The notes under the pieces were generated by a model. It was given only the letters and a program-made list of their open reading frames with translations, was not told where the DNA came from and did not search any database. DNA of 64,000 bases from Candidatus Latescibacterota bacterium (GTDB taxonomy: Bacteria; Latescibacterota; UBA2968; UBA8231), in the NCBI GenBank assembly GCA_965203175.1, contig OZ241867.1, positions 2,048,001 to 2,112,000 of the forward strand, given 5' to 3'. Both the position numbers and the translations under genes were made by a program. Below, piece by piece: positions 29,078-38,898 of the stretch (the first letter of the stretch is position 1; every line of letters starts with the position of its first letter).

Positions 29078-31444
29078 ATGCTACGCAATAACCTGATCGT
29101 CGCTTGGCGCAATCTGCGCCGCTATCGGATGTACACCGCGATCAACGTGGGTGGGCTGGCCGCGGCCTTTGCGGTGGCCATCTTCGTCGGCTTGTACGTG
29201 TATAGGGCGCTGACGTGGGATCGCTTCCACGCCAAGGGAGAGCAGATATACCAAGTCTGCGAGACACGTCCAGTCTGGAAAGGGCAGGCCTTTACGTCAG
29301 TGCCGGGAGGTCTCGGCCCGGAGATGGTGGCCACACTCCCCGCGGTGTTGCGCTCGGTGCGTACGGAAGACGAGGACGGGCTGCTGAGCTATGGGGGGCA
29401 AGAGATCGCGGCGAAGGGACGGTTCGCCGACCCCGGCTTCTTTGAGTTGTTCAGCTTCCCGCTGATCGCGGGTGATCCGGGCACGGCGCTCGACGTGCCG
29501 AACTCGATCGTGCTATCGAAGCGGCTGTCGCAACGGCTGTTCGGCTCCGACGACCCCATGGGCCAGACTCTGCTGCTGGGGGGAAGTGGTATTAGCAGAG
29601 ACTTTATTGTCACCGGGGTCGCTGAGAACGTGCCGTACGAATCCAGCTTGGGATTCGACTGGGTGATCCCCTACGTCCACCGGGAAATCCAGACTGCGTG
29701 GGCCGATGATTTCAGTGTCGGCGTAGGCGAGACCTATCTCCAGATCGCCGATGCCGCGGGCGTGGAGGCGGCCCAAGCCTTCGACTTGGATCGGTACATG
29801 GAGAAGGAGAAGGATCGTAGTCTCGTCATCGTGCCGCTGTTCGACAAGCGGCTGCATCCCCAACTCAGCGGCGGGAGAGGGATGATGAGTTCACTCTACA
29901 TCCTCGGATTCGTCGCCGGCCTCGTGCTGTTGCTGGCGTGTATCAACTACGCCAATCTGGCTGCGGGGATGTCGCTGACGAGGGCGCACGAAGTGGGTGT
30001 GCGCAAGGTGGTCGGTGCCGGACGGGGACAGCTAATGCGCCAGTACTTCGCCGAGTCTCTGCTACTCAGCTTCGTCGCTCTAGTACTCGCCGTGCCGCTG
30101 ACGGAGATTTTGCTGCCGGGCCTGAATCGTCTTCTGGAGGTGCCCGGAGAATTTGAATTGGGCCTCGACCTACAGTACACGCCGTGGACGGTGGTGGCCC
30201 TAGCTGGGTTCGGCGTGGTCATGGGGCTCGTGGCGGGCGCGTACCCGGCGCTGGTGCAGTCGCGGATGCAGCCAGTCGAGATTATGCAGGACAGGCTCCA
30301 AGTACGAGGCCGTGCCGGCCGCATCTTAGTAGTCGTGCAGTTCGTGGCCTCCACGGTGTTCCTGACTACGGCCCTCGTCGTGGCCCGGCAGGTCGATCAT
30401 TGGGAGTCCCTAGATCAGGGCTACGACCCGAGGCTCGTGGTCTGCATCCCGACGTTTGCTGGCTCCTCAAGAGGGGGGGGCGATGTGCATGAGTCGCAGC
30501 GCTTCCTCGATGTATTTCGCCGGGAGGTTCTCCCGCTTGCGGGTGTGCTCGCGGTGTCCGGCTCCAGCGAATTCCCCGATGGAGCCGACGACTTTCGCTT
30601 CGCCGACCCGGAACGGCCGGAGGCCGCGCTGATTGAGGTTGATCCGTACTTCCTGCGCACCCTCGGCTTGGAACTGGTCGAGGGAGAGGACTTCTCCCCG
30701 GACCTGCTGGCCAGCGGTCGCGTAGTGCTCGTCAACCAGCGGCTAGCGGCTACGCTGGAGGGACCGGTCGTCGGCTCTTACCTCGAAGGCGGGTACCCGC
30801 CGCGCCGGCCGCGGATTATTGGCGTAGTCTCCGACTTCCAGCACGATGATCCCAGCTCTGGGGGCTTCGTGCCGGAACTCGTGATCAGCGTCCTACCGGA
30901 TCGTTCCATTGAGACGGTGCTGGTGCGGGTGCGACCCGAAGGGGTGCCCGAGACGCTCGCCGAGCTGCGCGAGGCTTGGGAACGCCTGTCGCCTGGGGTG
31001 CCTTTCAGCTATCGCTTTCTCGACGACCATATCGCCGAGCGCTTCATTGGCCACGCCATCCTCATTAGCCTGCTGCGCTGGGTGACCGGGTTCCTTGTGC
31101 TAATCGCCTGTCTCGGCGTCTTCGGCATGGCCTCCCTCGCCGTCAGCCGACGCACCAAGGAGGTGGCCGTGCGCAAAGTTCTCGGAGCCTCGACGGCGAG
31201 CGTGGCCGTGCTGCTGTCGTCGCAGTCCACGCGGCTCGTGCTGATCGCCGTGGTCGTCGCCATGCCCCTGACCTACCAGATCTCGGAGATGTTACTCCGC
31301 AGTGAGGTGGACCGCATTGAACTCGACCTGCTCAGCTACTCGGCTGGCGGCCTGATCGCCTTGGGTCTGACTTGGTTGGTGTCGGGATACCACGCGGTTC
31401 GAGCGGCGCTGGCGAATCCGGTGGACTCGCTGCGCAGCGAGTAG
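29078..31444 (+). CDS. FtsX/MacB-type duplicated ABC permease B2
   Basis: Paralog of B1. The start is set at MLRNNL after GAGGGTACTAACC. Confidence 0.92.
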   Translation: MLRNNLIVAWRNLRRYRMYTAINVGGLAAAFAVAIFVGLYVYRALTWDRFHAKGEQIYQVCETRPVWKGQAFTSVPGGLGPEMVATLPAVLRSVRTEDEDGLLSYGGQEIAAKGRFADPGFFELFSFPLIAGDPGTALDVPNSIVLSKRLSQRLFGSDDPMGQTLLLGGSGISRDFIVTGVAENVPYESSLGFDWVIPYVHREIQTAWADDFSVGVGETYLQIADAAGVEAAQAFDLDRYMEKEKDRSLVIVPLFDKRLHPQLSGGRGMMSSLYILGFVAGLVLLLACINYANLAAGMSLTRAHEVGVRKVVGAGRGQLMRQYFAESLLLSFVALVLAVPLTEILLPGLNRLLEVPGEFELGLDLQYTPWTVVALAGFGVVMGLVAGAYPALVQSRMQPVEIMQDRLQVRGRAGRILVVVQFVASTVFLTTALVVARQVDHWESLDQGYDPRLVVCIPTFAGSSRGGGDVHESQRFLDVFRREVLPLAGVLAVSGSSEFPDGADDFRFADPERPEAALIEVDPYFLRTLGLELVEGEDFSPDLLASGRVVLVNQRLAATLEGPVVGSYLEGGYPPRRPRIIGVVSDFQHDDPSSGGFVPELVISVLPDRSIETVLVRVRPEGVPETLAELREAWERLSPGVPFSYRFLDDHIAERFIGHAILISLLRWVTGFLVLIACLGVFGMASLAVSRRTKEVAVRKVLGASTASVAVLLSSQSTRLVLIAVVVAMPLTYQISEMLLRSEVDRIELDLLSYSAGGLIALGLTWLVSGYHAVRAALANPVDSLRSE

Positions 31445-31510
31445 AGGGATTCTCTACAAGTCGTACCGATTTATGACGATGTGGATTTTTTACTCCAGAG
31501 GAGGCGCGAG

Positions 31511-32875
31511 ATGATCAGCCAGAAGCCTAACGGCAGCAGTTCAAAACGGGAAGCGGTACTCTTTGCGCTTTTAACTTTTTTCTGCACTAGTACGGCAATG
31601 GGCACGAGTACCGAGGACGGCCCGATCGTCGTCCCGTTGCAGTGGGTGCGGCCCAGTGAGGAGGTGCTCTCCGACTTTGGTGGGCCAGGGGTCGACTTTG
31701 AAGACCAAGGCTGGGTCCGCAAGCGGCCTGTTGAGTCCGGTCTCCGGGGCCTGCCGCCAACCGACCGAATCCTGTTCTATGGGATATTCGATCTCAGTGC
31801 AGAATCCATCGTTTTGTCGTGGAGACCAGAGCAGCCTGAGGAACTCCTGTGGACGCTTCCACAACGCGAACTTCCCGACTCTCGCGTTTCTTGGATCAAT
31901 GCGCTGGACGCTGATGGCGACGAAGTCTTCTACTTTGACTCCGACAACGACGAGGATTTCGCGGACGAGGAGCCGGTTTATCCCAAGGACTATAGCCCCC
32001 TTAGGAGATTAATCGGGTACGTATTCGACGGGATGCCTTATGGAATTCAAGCAGAGTCGGAAGTCCACTTTGAATACACCGACGGCGAGCAAGTAAAAGA
32101 GAAGACCGTACCCGTCGCGGTGGTCAAGTTCGAGCAGTATTCGAAAAAAAGGCATCCCGACAATCCCAAGTTCAGGGGACAGGTGTTCGACATGCGGGTG
32201 GGTTCAGTCGAACTAAACGGCGAGGAAGTCGGACTAGCGGTAGTACCCAGCGGCGACGCGGCTACCTATCACTACAGGCGCAATCGCATCATTTGGGATT
32301 TAAACAAGGATGGGATCTTTGAAAATGAAACCGAATCTCGCGAATGCTACCGGGCCAATAATTCCTTCAGCATCCTCGGCAGATCACTTCAGGTCGAGAT
32401 GGTCAGTTCGTCCGGGGATGAGATCGTGCTGGTACCAGCCGACGTGGAAGTCCCCCCCAAGATCGAGATAACAGAAGGTGAACCCGCGCCCGAATTCGCA
32501 GTTGTAGACGTCCACGGCGATACGCTCCGCCTCGCTGACTTCCGGGGACGCCACGTTCTGCTCGACTTCTGGTTCACGACCTGCGGACCGTGCATAGAGG
32601 ATACGCCAGAGCTAGTGGAGATATATAGTGCGAAGCAGGCGCACGGCTTTGAAATCATCGGCATTAGCGTCGACCACAGCCGCGAGGCGGTGTTCCGCTA
32701 TGTCGAGAAGCACGGGATCGAGTGGCCCCAGGTAATCGAAGTCGAAAACGAGACCAAGCCAACGGAGATATACCACATAAGCGGGTTCCCTTCGTACGTC
32801 TGGATTGGCCCCGATGGCGTCGTAATTAACCCAGAGCTAAAAGGCGATCTGGACGATTTGTACGACGCCTTTTGA
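31511..32875 (+). CDS. Exported protein with C-terminal TlpA/AhpC-TSA thioredoxin-like domain
   Basis: GEPAPEF..LADFRGRHVLLDFWFTTCGPC..EIIGISVD..ISGFPSYVWIGPDG; N-terminal hydrophobic signal; GAGGAGG RBS. Confidence 0.82.
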   Translation: MISQKPNGSSSKREAVLFALLTFFCTSTAMGTSTEDGPIVVPLQWVRPSEEVLSDFGGPGVDFEDQGWVRKRPVESGLRGLPPTDRILFYGIFDLSAESIVLSWRPEQPEELLWTLPQRELPDSRVSWINALDADGDEVFYFDSDNDEDFADEEPVYPKDYSPLRRLIGYVFDGMPYGIQAESEVHFEYTDGEQVKEKTVPVAVVKFEQYSKKRHPDNPKFRGQVFDMRVGSVELNGEEVGLAVVPSGDAATYHYRRNRIIWDLNKDGIFENETESRECYRANNSFSILGRSLQVEMVSSSGDEIVLVPADVEVPPKIEITEGEPAPEFAVVDVHGDTLRLADFRGRHVLLDFWFTTCGPCIEDTPELVEIYSAKQAHGFEIIGISVDHSREAVFRYVEKHGIEWPQVIEVENETKPTEIYHISGFPSYVWIGPDGVVINPELKGDLDDLYDAF

Positions 32876-32913
32876 CGCGACCATGTTCGATCCCCGAGAA
32901 AGGAGCGAGGGAC

Positions 32914-33735
32914 ATGAAAACCTTAGCATCGCTGCTGTTGGTCGCATACCTGTCGGCCGCGGCAGCCGGCTCAGCGGAGGTCTCCTACGAGGTACACTTC
33001 ACCGAAGAAGAGATGACCCTGGACGGCCGCGCCGACGAACAGAGTTGGAGCTTGGCCCCAACTATCGAACTGACGGATCGGGCCTACCCCAGCCTAGAGC
33101 CGATTAGCCCTGCAAGCACGAGGGTGAGAGCCCTCTGGAACGAGCAAGGACTCTTGGTTTTGTACCAGTGCCAAGACCAGAACATTTTGGCGACGGTTAC
33201 CAAGCGGGACAGCACCGTGTACAAAGACGATGACGTGGAATTGTTTCTCGACCCGGACATGGACGGCACCCACTATGTCCAACTGGCCATCAACGCGCTG
33301 AATACGCAGATGGACGTCCTCAAAACCGATATAGATAACAAGCCCACTTTCTCCAACTGGGATTCCGGCACTGAAAGCGCGGTCGTCGTAGTGGGCAGCT
33401 TGGAAAATGGAGCTGACCGGGACGAGTCGTGGACGGTGGAACTCTTCTTTCCTTGGAGCAGTATGGGCCAAGAGGCACTGGAACTAAGCCGGTTCTACAA
33501 GGTGAAAGAGAGGGATGTGTTGGGCGGCTTATCGGTTCCGCCAAAGGTCGGGGACAGGTGGAAGGCCAACTTCAACCGCTTTGATCACGGCCGGGGCGAG
33601 GTCAGACGCACTGATCTCAGTTGGGGGACGATACGCTACAAGGAAGGAGATATAGTCAGTGGGTGGGGCGTCTCGCCCACTTCGGGTTCTTTGCACGACC
33701 CGACGCATTGGGGCGTGCTGGTCTTCGTCAAGTGA
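32914..33735 (+). CDS. Exported CBM9-like/DOMON-like protein
   Basis: Signal peptide; LDGRADEQSW, RVRALWNEQGLLV, DDDVELFLDPD, WTVELFFPW, GDRWKANFNR, HDPTHWGVLVF. Confidence 0.75.
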   Translation: MKTLASLLLVAYLSAAAAGSAEVSYEVHFTEEEMTLDGRADEQSWSLAPTIELTDRAYPSLEPISPASTRVRALWNEQGLLVLYQCQDQNILATVTKRDSTVYKDDDVELFLDPDMDGTHYVQLAINALNTQMDVLKTDIDNKPTFSNWDSGTESAVVVVGSLENGADRDESWTVELFFPWSSMGQEALELSRFYKVKERDVLGGLSVPPKVGDRWKANFNRFDHGRGEVRRTDLSWGTIRYKEGDIVSGWGVSPTSGSLHDPTHWGVLVFVK

Positions 33736-33786
33736 GGCACTTCGTCGGCGAGAACATCGCGGAATCGAGTGGGAAGGAGAATAACC

Positions 33787-36294
33787 ATGCTGCGCAATAA
33801 CCTGATCATCGCCTGGCGCAATCTGATGCGCCATCGCCTGCACACGGCAATCAACCTCGCAGGGCTGGGCTTAGGCATGGCGTTTTGCCTGCTCGCGTGG
33901 CGCTTTGCCTCTCAGGAGTGGTCGTTTGATCGCTTCCACAGTAAAGCGGATCGGATCTATCGCGCCTATGTCGAGTACATGGGGTCGGCGAGACAGGTGC
34001 GCTACGCCGACAGGATTGATTTGGCTTTTGCACCCGAGTTGGAGGCTCTCTCTCCGCACGTAGAGCGCACGGTACGCCTCAAAGCGACGAGGCGCAGTAA
34101 TCGCTATGTACGCACGACCTTCGCGGGCAGTTCGCGTGACGAGGAATTTCTCCTCGCTGATCCGGCGTTTTTCGAGGTCTTCGACTTTCCACTCCTGCGA
34201 GGTGATGCTGCGACGGCGCTGGCCGAGCGCAACTCAGTCGTCCTCAGTTACGAAATGGCCCAACGCCTATTCGGCGACGCCGATCCGCTGGGTCAGCACT
34301 TGGCGATCACCTCAATGTGGAACAGCACTAAGACCGAAGACTTCACTATCACCGGCGTGGCCGCGCCGGTTCCGCGCACGTCGTCGATTCAGTTCAACAT
34401 GCTGCTGCCGTTCGACAACACGGAGTTCCTCATGCACAACTCCCCGAATGAGTGGGACGGCTCGTGCGACTCATTTATCCTCCTTGCGCCCGAAGCGGAT
34501 CCGGCCGATGTAGCGCCAGCCCTCGCACAGGTCACGCAGATATGGCTCCAACACGGGGAAACGATCCCTGAAGCCCTCGCGGAGGGCGCTTCTGCATTTC
34601 ACTTGCAGCCGCTGATCGATATGCGCTCAGATACCGGCCTGCTGCCAGCGTACGGACACGGCGTGATAGAGCCGAGGGATCCGTATATCTCGTATGTGCT
34701 CGTCAGTATGGCCTTGGCGGTCTTGTTAATGGGGTGCATCAACTTCGTCAATCTGGCGATTGGCCGGGCCTCGCTGCGGGCAGCGGAGGTTGGTGTGCGC
34801 AAGGCAGTGGGCGCAGGACGTGGGCAGTTGATGCGTCAGTTCATCGGCGAGGCAGTGGTGCTCTCTATTGTAGGATTGGGTGCCGGGTGTGCGTTGGCGG
34901 CGCTGCTGTTGCCGGCGTTTAACGCCACCTTTTCGCAGGAGCTGTCGCTCGGTCTAAGCGAGCCGAGTATGCTGGCTGCGCTGGCTGCACTGCTGTTGTT
35001 GGTCAGTTTGGGAGCCGGTTGGTATCCGGCTCTCGTGCTGTCCCGTCTGGATGCGTTGAGCGCGATTCGGCGCAGCGTGTCCATGGCCGGGATTGCTCGG
35101 TTTAGCCGCATCCTCGTGGGTGTGCAGTTGGCCATTTCCGTGGGGTTGATCACCTGTACGCTGGTCATGTATCACCAGCTAGAGCACCTCATGGCGCGCG
35201 ACTTGGGGATCGACCAAGAGCGCGTCATCGCGGTAGATACGGACGCTCTCAAACAGCACAGGCCCCAACATCCCGTACTTATGGAGTCCTTTCTCCGCCA
35301 TAGTCGCATTGCCTCGGTCACTACGTTGAGAGAGAACTTCCTTAAAAAACCTTATTGGTTCAGAGTCGATTTCCGAGCCGGGATCGAGAGCGACCGGGAG
35401 ACGAAGGTCCGACCTTACGAGGTGGACCACAACTTTGTGGAGACCATGAACTTGGAGTTGGTGCGCGGGCGGAACTTCTCGCTGGCGCAGGGCGACAAGA
35501 AGAACCTCGCGCTGATCTCCGAGAGCGCGGCAGCACGCCTCGGACTCGCCGATCCGATTGGCGAGATGATTAAAGTAGGGTATATGTCGCGTTCGGGAGT
35601 GGTGTGGGGGAGGAAGGGAGGTGAAGATCGCATCATCGGCGTGGTCAAGGACTTCACCTTCGAGTCAGGGTACGAAGACGCCACCCCGGGTCTACTGCTG
35701 CTCAATCCCGACTTGGGACCAAGATACTCCCAAGGCAATCTCATCTTCAGGTACGAAGCTGATCTCATGCTCGTGCGCGTAAAGCCAGGAGATATGCAGG
35801 AAGTCGTCCAGTACATGCAGGAGACGTGGAGCAGCATCGTCGATTATGCGGACTTCAAATTCTCCTTCCTACAGCAGGACTTGGAAGCGGCCTATCGCGA
35901 CGAGTTGCACTGGCGACAGCTCATTACGTGGGCTGCGATCGGCGCAGTGTTCATCTCCGCTTTGGGTGCCTTTGCGCTCACTGCTCTTGCCGCCGGTCGC
36001 CGCACCAAGGAGATCGGCATCCGCAAGGCCCTCGGTGCCGATGTCTTCGGTCTCACCACGCTGATGACCCGCGAGTTTGCCTGTCTCGCCCTGATTGGGT
36101 CGCTGGTGGCGTGGCCTCTGTCGTGGTGGTGGATGCGCGACTGGCTGAACGGCTTTGCCTTCCGCATTGATCTGGCGGCGTGGCATTTTGCCGCTGGGGC
36201 TGCGATTGCGCTCGTCGCGGTTTTGCTCAGTTCTGGTCATCAGGCGTATAAAGCTGCTAAGGCAGATCCGGTAGAAGCTCTGCGCTATGAGTAG
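33787..36294 (+). CDS. FtsX/MacB-type duplicated ABC permease C1
   Basis: INLAGLGLG, CINFVNL..EVGVRK, RRTKEIGIRKALGA, DPVEALRYE. The start is set at MLRNNL. Confidence 0.92.
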   Translation: MLRNNLIIAWRNLMRHRLHTAINLAGLGLGMAFCLLAWRFASQEWSFDRFHSKADRIYRAYVEYMGSARQVRYADRIDLAFAPELEALSPHVERTVRLKATRRSNRYVRTTFAGSSRDEEFLLADPAFFEVFDFPLLRGDAATALAERNSVVLSYEMAQRLFGDADPLGQHLAITSMWNSTKTEDFTITGVAAPVPRTSSIQFNMLLPFDNTEFLMHNSPNEWDGSCDSFILLAPEADPADVAPALAQVTQIWLQHGETIPEALAEGASAFHLQPLIDMRSDTGLLPAYGHGVIEPRDPYISYVLVSMALAVLLMGCINFVNLAIGRASLRAAEVGVRKAVGAGRGQLMRQFIGEAVVLSIVGLGAGCALAALLLPAFNATFSQELSLGLSEPSMLAALAALLLLVSLGAGWYPALVLSRLDALSAIRRSVSMAGIARFSRILVGVQLAISVGLITCTLVMYHQLEHLMARDLGIDQERVIAVDTDALKQHRPQHPVLMESFLRHSRIASVTTLRENFLKKPYWFRVDFRAGIESDRETKVRPYEVDHNFVETMNLELVRGRNFSLAQGDKKNLALISESAAARLGLADPIGEMIKVGYMSRSGVVWGRKGGEDRIIGVVKDFTFESGYEDATPGLLLLNPDLGPRYSQGNLIFRYEADLMLVRVKPGDMQEVVQYMQETWSSIVDYADFKFSFLQQDLEAAYRDELHWRQLITWAAIGAVFISALGAFALTALAAGRRTKEIGIRKALGADVFGLTTLMTREFACLALIGSLVAWPLSWWWMRDWLNGFAFRIDLAAWHFAAGAAIALVAVLLSSGHQAYKAAKADPVEALRYE

Positions 36295-36341
36295 AGGGAT
36301 TCCCTACAAGTCGTACCGATTTGAGGAGGAGAAAAATAACC

Positions 36342-38834
36342 ATGCTGCGCAATAACCTGATCACCGCCTGGCGCAATTTGATGCGCCATCGCCTGCACAC
36401 GGTCATCAACCTCGCGGGACTGAGCTTGGGCATGGCGTTTTGCCTGCTGGCGTGGCGCTTTGCCTCTCAGGAGTGGTCGTTTGATCGCTTCCACAGTAAA
36501 GCGGATCGGATCTATCGCGTTTATGTCGAGGCTATGGGGACGGAGGAGGGGCTGATGCGCATGGCCGACGTGATTGACTTTGCTTTTGCGCCCGAACTGG
36601 AAGCCCTCTCTCCACATGTGGAGCGCACGGTACGCCTCAGTGCGGCGAGAGGGAATGACAGAGATGATCGCGTCGTGCGCACGACATTCGAAGGTGGTTC
36701 GCGCGACGAAGAGTTCCTGCTGGTCGATCCTGTGTTTTTCGAGGTCTTCGACTTCCCGCTCATGCGGGGCAATGCCTCCACGGCCCTAGCCGAGCGCAAC
36801 TCCGTCGTCCTGAGCTACGAGATGGCTCAACGCCTGTTCGGCGATGCAGATCCGTTGGGCCAGAGTCTGAGGTTAGCCTCGCTGGCTACACGCGATGTCG
36901 AGGACTTCACCATCACCGGAGTGACGGCACCCGTTCCGCACGCGTCGTCGATTCAGTTCAACATGCTGCTGCCGTTCGACAACACGGAGTTACTCTTCCA
37001 CCATTCCTCGGATGAGTGGGAAGGTTCGTGTAATGCATACGTCCTGCTCAGGTCCGGCGCAGACCCGGCTGATCTAGAGCCGGCCTTCGTGCAACTTACA
37101 CGGAACATGATCCAAAGCGATGGACAGGAGATACCAGAAGACCTCCCGGAGGATTTTTCTCTATTTCGGTTGCAGCCGCTGACCGATCTACACTCGGATA
37201 CTGGCCTGATGAAATGGATCGGGCACGGCGTGGTGGAGCCGAGAGATCCGTACGTCTCGTATGTGCTCGGCAGTATAGCCTTGGCGGTTCTGTTAATGGG
37301 GTGTATCAACTTCGTCAATCTGGCCATTGGTCGAGCCTCGCTGCGGGCGGCGGAGGTCGGCGTGCGCAAGACGGTGGGTGCCGGACGTGGTCAATTGATG
37401 CGCCAGTTCATCGTCGAAGCAGCAGTGCTCTCTATTCTTGGATTGGGTGCTGGGTATGTCTTAGCGGCGCTGCTGCTGCCGGCGTTCAACGCGACCTTTT
37501 CGCAGGAGCTATCGCTCGGTTTGAGCGAGCCGAGTATGCTGGGTGCATTAGCGGCGTTGCTGCTGCTGGTCAGTGTAGGAGCTGGTTGGTATCCGGCGTT
37601 CGTGCTATCCCGTCTGGAGCCTTTGAGCGCGATTCGGCGCAGCGTGTCCATGACCGGAATCACTCGGTTCAGCCGCGTACTTGTGGGTGTGCAGTTGGCC
37701 ATTTCCGTGGGATTGATCACTTGTACGCTGGTCATGTATCACCAACTTGATCACTTAATGAGTCAGTACGGGTTTGAGCAGGAGCGCATCATCGCGGTGC
37801 ACACGGACGCTCTATACGACTTGAAGCCCGATCATCCCGTGGTCGTAGAGGCCTTCCTGCGCCATAGTCGGATCGCCTCGGTTGCCATGGTGGACGACGA
37901 CTTCCTACAAGGCTTTCATTGGTCCGACTACCGAGCCGTGACTGAGAGCGGTCGGGAGACAAAGGTTCGCCCTTACATTGTAGATCACAACTTTGTAGAG
38001 ACTATGAACCTGAAGCTGATAGCTGGACGGGACTTCTCGCTGGCCCAAGGCGACAAGCGGGACCTCGCACTGATCTCTGAGAGTGCAGCAGCACAGCTTG
38101 GACTCGCCGACCCGATTGGTGAGACGATCAAAGTAGGGAAGTTTAAGGACTCGGAGTTCAAACCGAGGAGGAGGACAAGTAAGGATGGGGCTCGCATTAT
38201 TGGCGTGGTCGAGGACTTCACCTTCGAGTCCGGGTACGAGGACATCCCCCCGGGCTTGCTGGTGCTCAATCCCGTCTTGGGACCAGGCTACTACGAGGTT
38301 GACCTCATGCTCGTGCGCGTGAAGCCGGGAGATATGCAGGAGGTCGTCCAGTACATGCAAGAGTCATGGGATAGCATCGTTGACTACGCCGACTTCCACT
38401 TCTCCTTCCTGCAGCAGGATTTAGAGGCGGCCTACCGCGATGAGTTGCGCTGGCGTCGGCTCATCACGTGGGCTGCGGTTGGCGCAGTGTTCATCTCCGC
38501 TCTCGGTGCCTTTGCGCTCACCGCTCTCGCTGCGGGTCGCCGCACCAAGGAGATTGGCATTCGCAAAGCCCTCGGTTCCAGCGTCTTTGGCATCACCGCG
38601 ATGATGGCCCGCGAGTTTGCCTACCTCGCTCTGATTGGATCGCTCGTGGCGTGGCCTCTGTCTTGGTGGTGGATGCGCGACTGGTTGAATGGCTTCGCGT
38701 TCCGCATTGACTTGGCGGCGTGGCATTTTGCCGCGGGTGCTGCGATTGCGCTCGTCGCGGTTTTGGTCAGCTCCGGCCATCAGGCGTATAAAGCTGCTAA
38801 GGCCGATCTCGTGGAAGCCCTGCGCTGCGAGTAG
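36342..38834 (+). CDS. FtsX/MacB-type duplicated ABC permease C2
   Basis: Paralog of C1; GAGGAG RBS before MLRNNL. Confidence 0.92.
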   Translation: MLRNNLITAWRNLMRHRLHTVINLAGLSLGMAFCLLAWRFASQEWSFDRFHSKADRIYRVYVEAMGTEEGLMRMADVIDFAFAPELEALSPHVERTVRLSAARGNDRDDRVVRTTFEGGSRDEEFLLVDPVFFEVFDFPLMRGNASTALAERNSVVLSYEMAQRLFGDADPLGQSLRLASLATRDVEDFTITGVTAPVPHASSIQFNMLLPFDNTELLFHHSSDEWEGSCNAYVLLRSGADPADLEPAFVQLTRNMIQSDGQEIPEDLPEDFSLFRLQPLTDLHSDTGLMKWIGHGVVEPRDPYVSYVLGSIALAVLLMGCINFVNLAIGRASLRAAEVGVRKTVGAGRGQLMRQFIVEAAVLSILGLGAGYVLAALLLPAFNATFSQELSLGLSEPSMLGALAALLLLVSVGAGWYPAFVLSRLEPLSAIRRSVSMTGITRFSRVLVGVQLAISVGLITCTLVMYHQLDHLMSQYGFEQERIIAVHTDALYDLKPDHPVVVEAFLRHSRIASVAMVDDDFLQGFHWSDYRAVTESGRETKVRPYIVDHNFVETMNLKLIAGRDFSLAQGDKRDLALISESAAAQLGLADPIGETIKVGKFKDSEFKPRRRTSKDGARIIGVVEDFTFESGYEDIPPGLLVLNPVLGPGYYEVDLMLVRVKPGDMQEVVQYMQESWDSIVDYADFHFSFLQQDLEAAYRDELRWRRLITWAAVGAVFISALGAFALTALAAGRRTKEIGIRKALGSSVFGITAMMAREFAYLALIGSLVAWPLSWWWMRDWLNGFAFRIDLAAWHFAAGAAIALVAVLVSSGHQAYKAAKADLVEALRCE

Positions 38835-38898
38835 TGAACAACGATCGTTAATTCCCTACAAATCACACTGATTTAAAGAGAAAAGGAAGATACCAATC

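Noticed and set aside
30473-30480. G8 tract in permease B2 as a phase-variation switch
   Set aside because: The tract is short, in frame and in a GC-rich genome. It cannot be supported without read-level data.
29022-38874. Integron attC sites between tandem genes
   Set aside because: No integrase in the window, and the elements lack the RYYYAAC..GTTRRRY ends and long attC palindrome.
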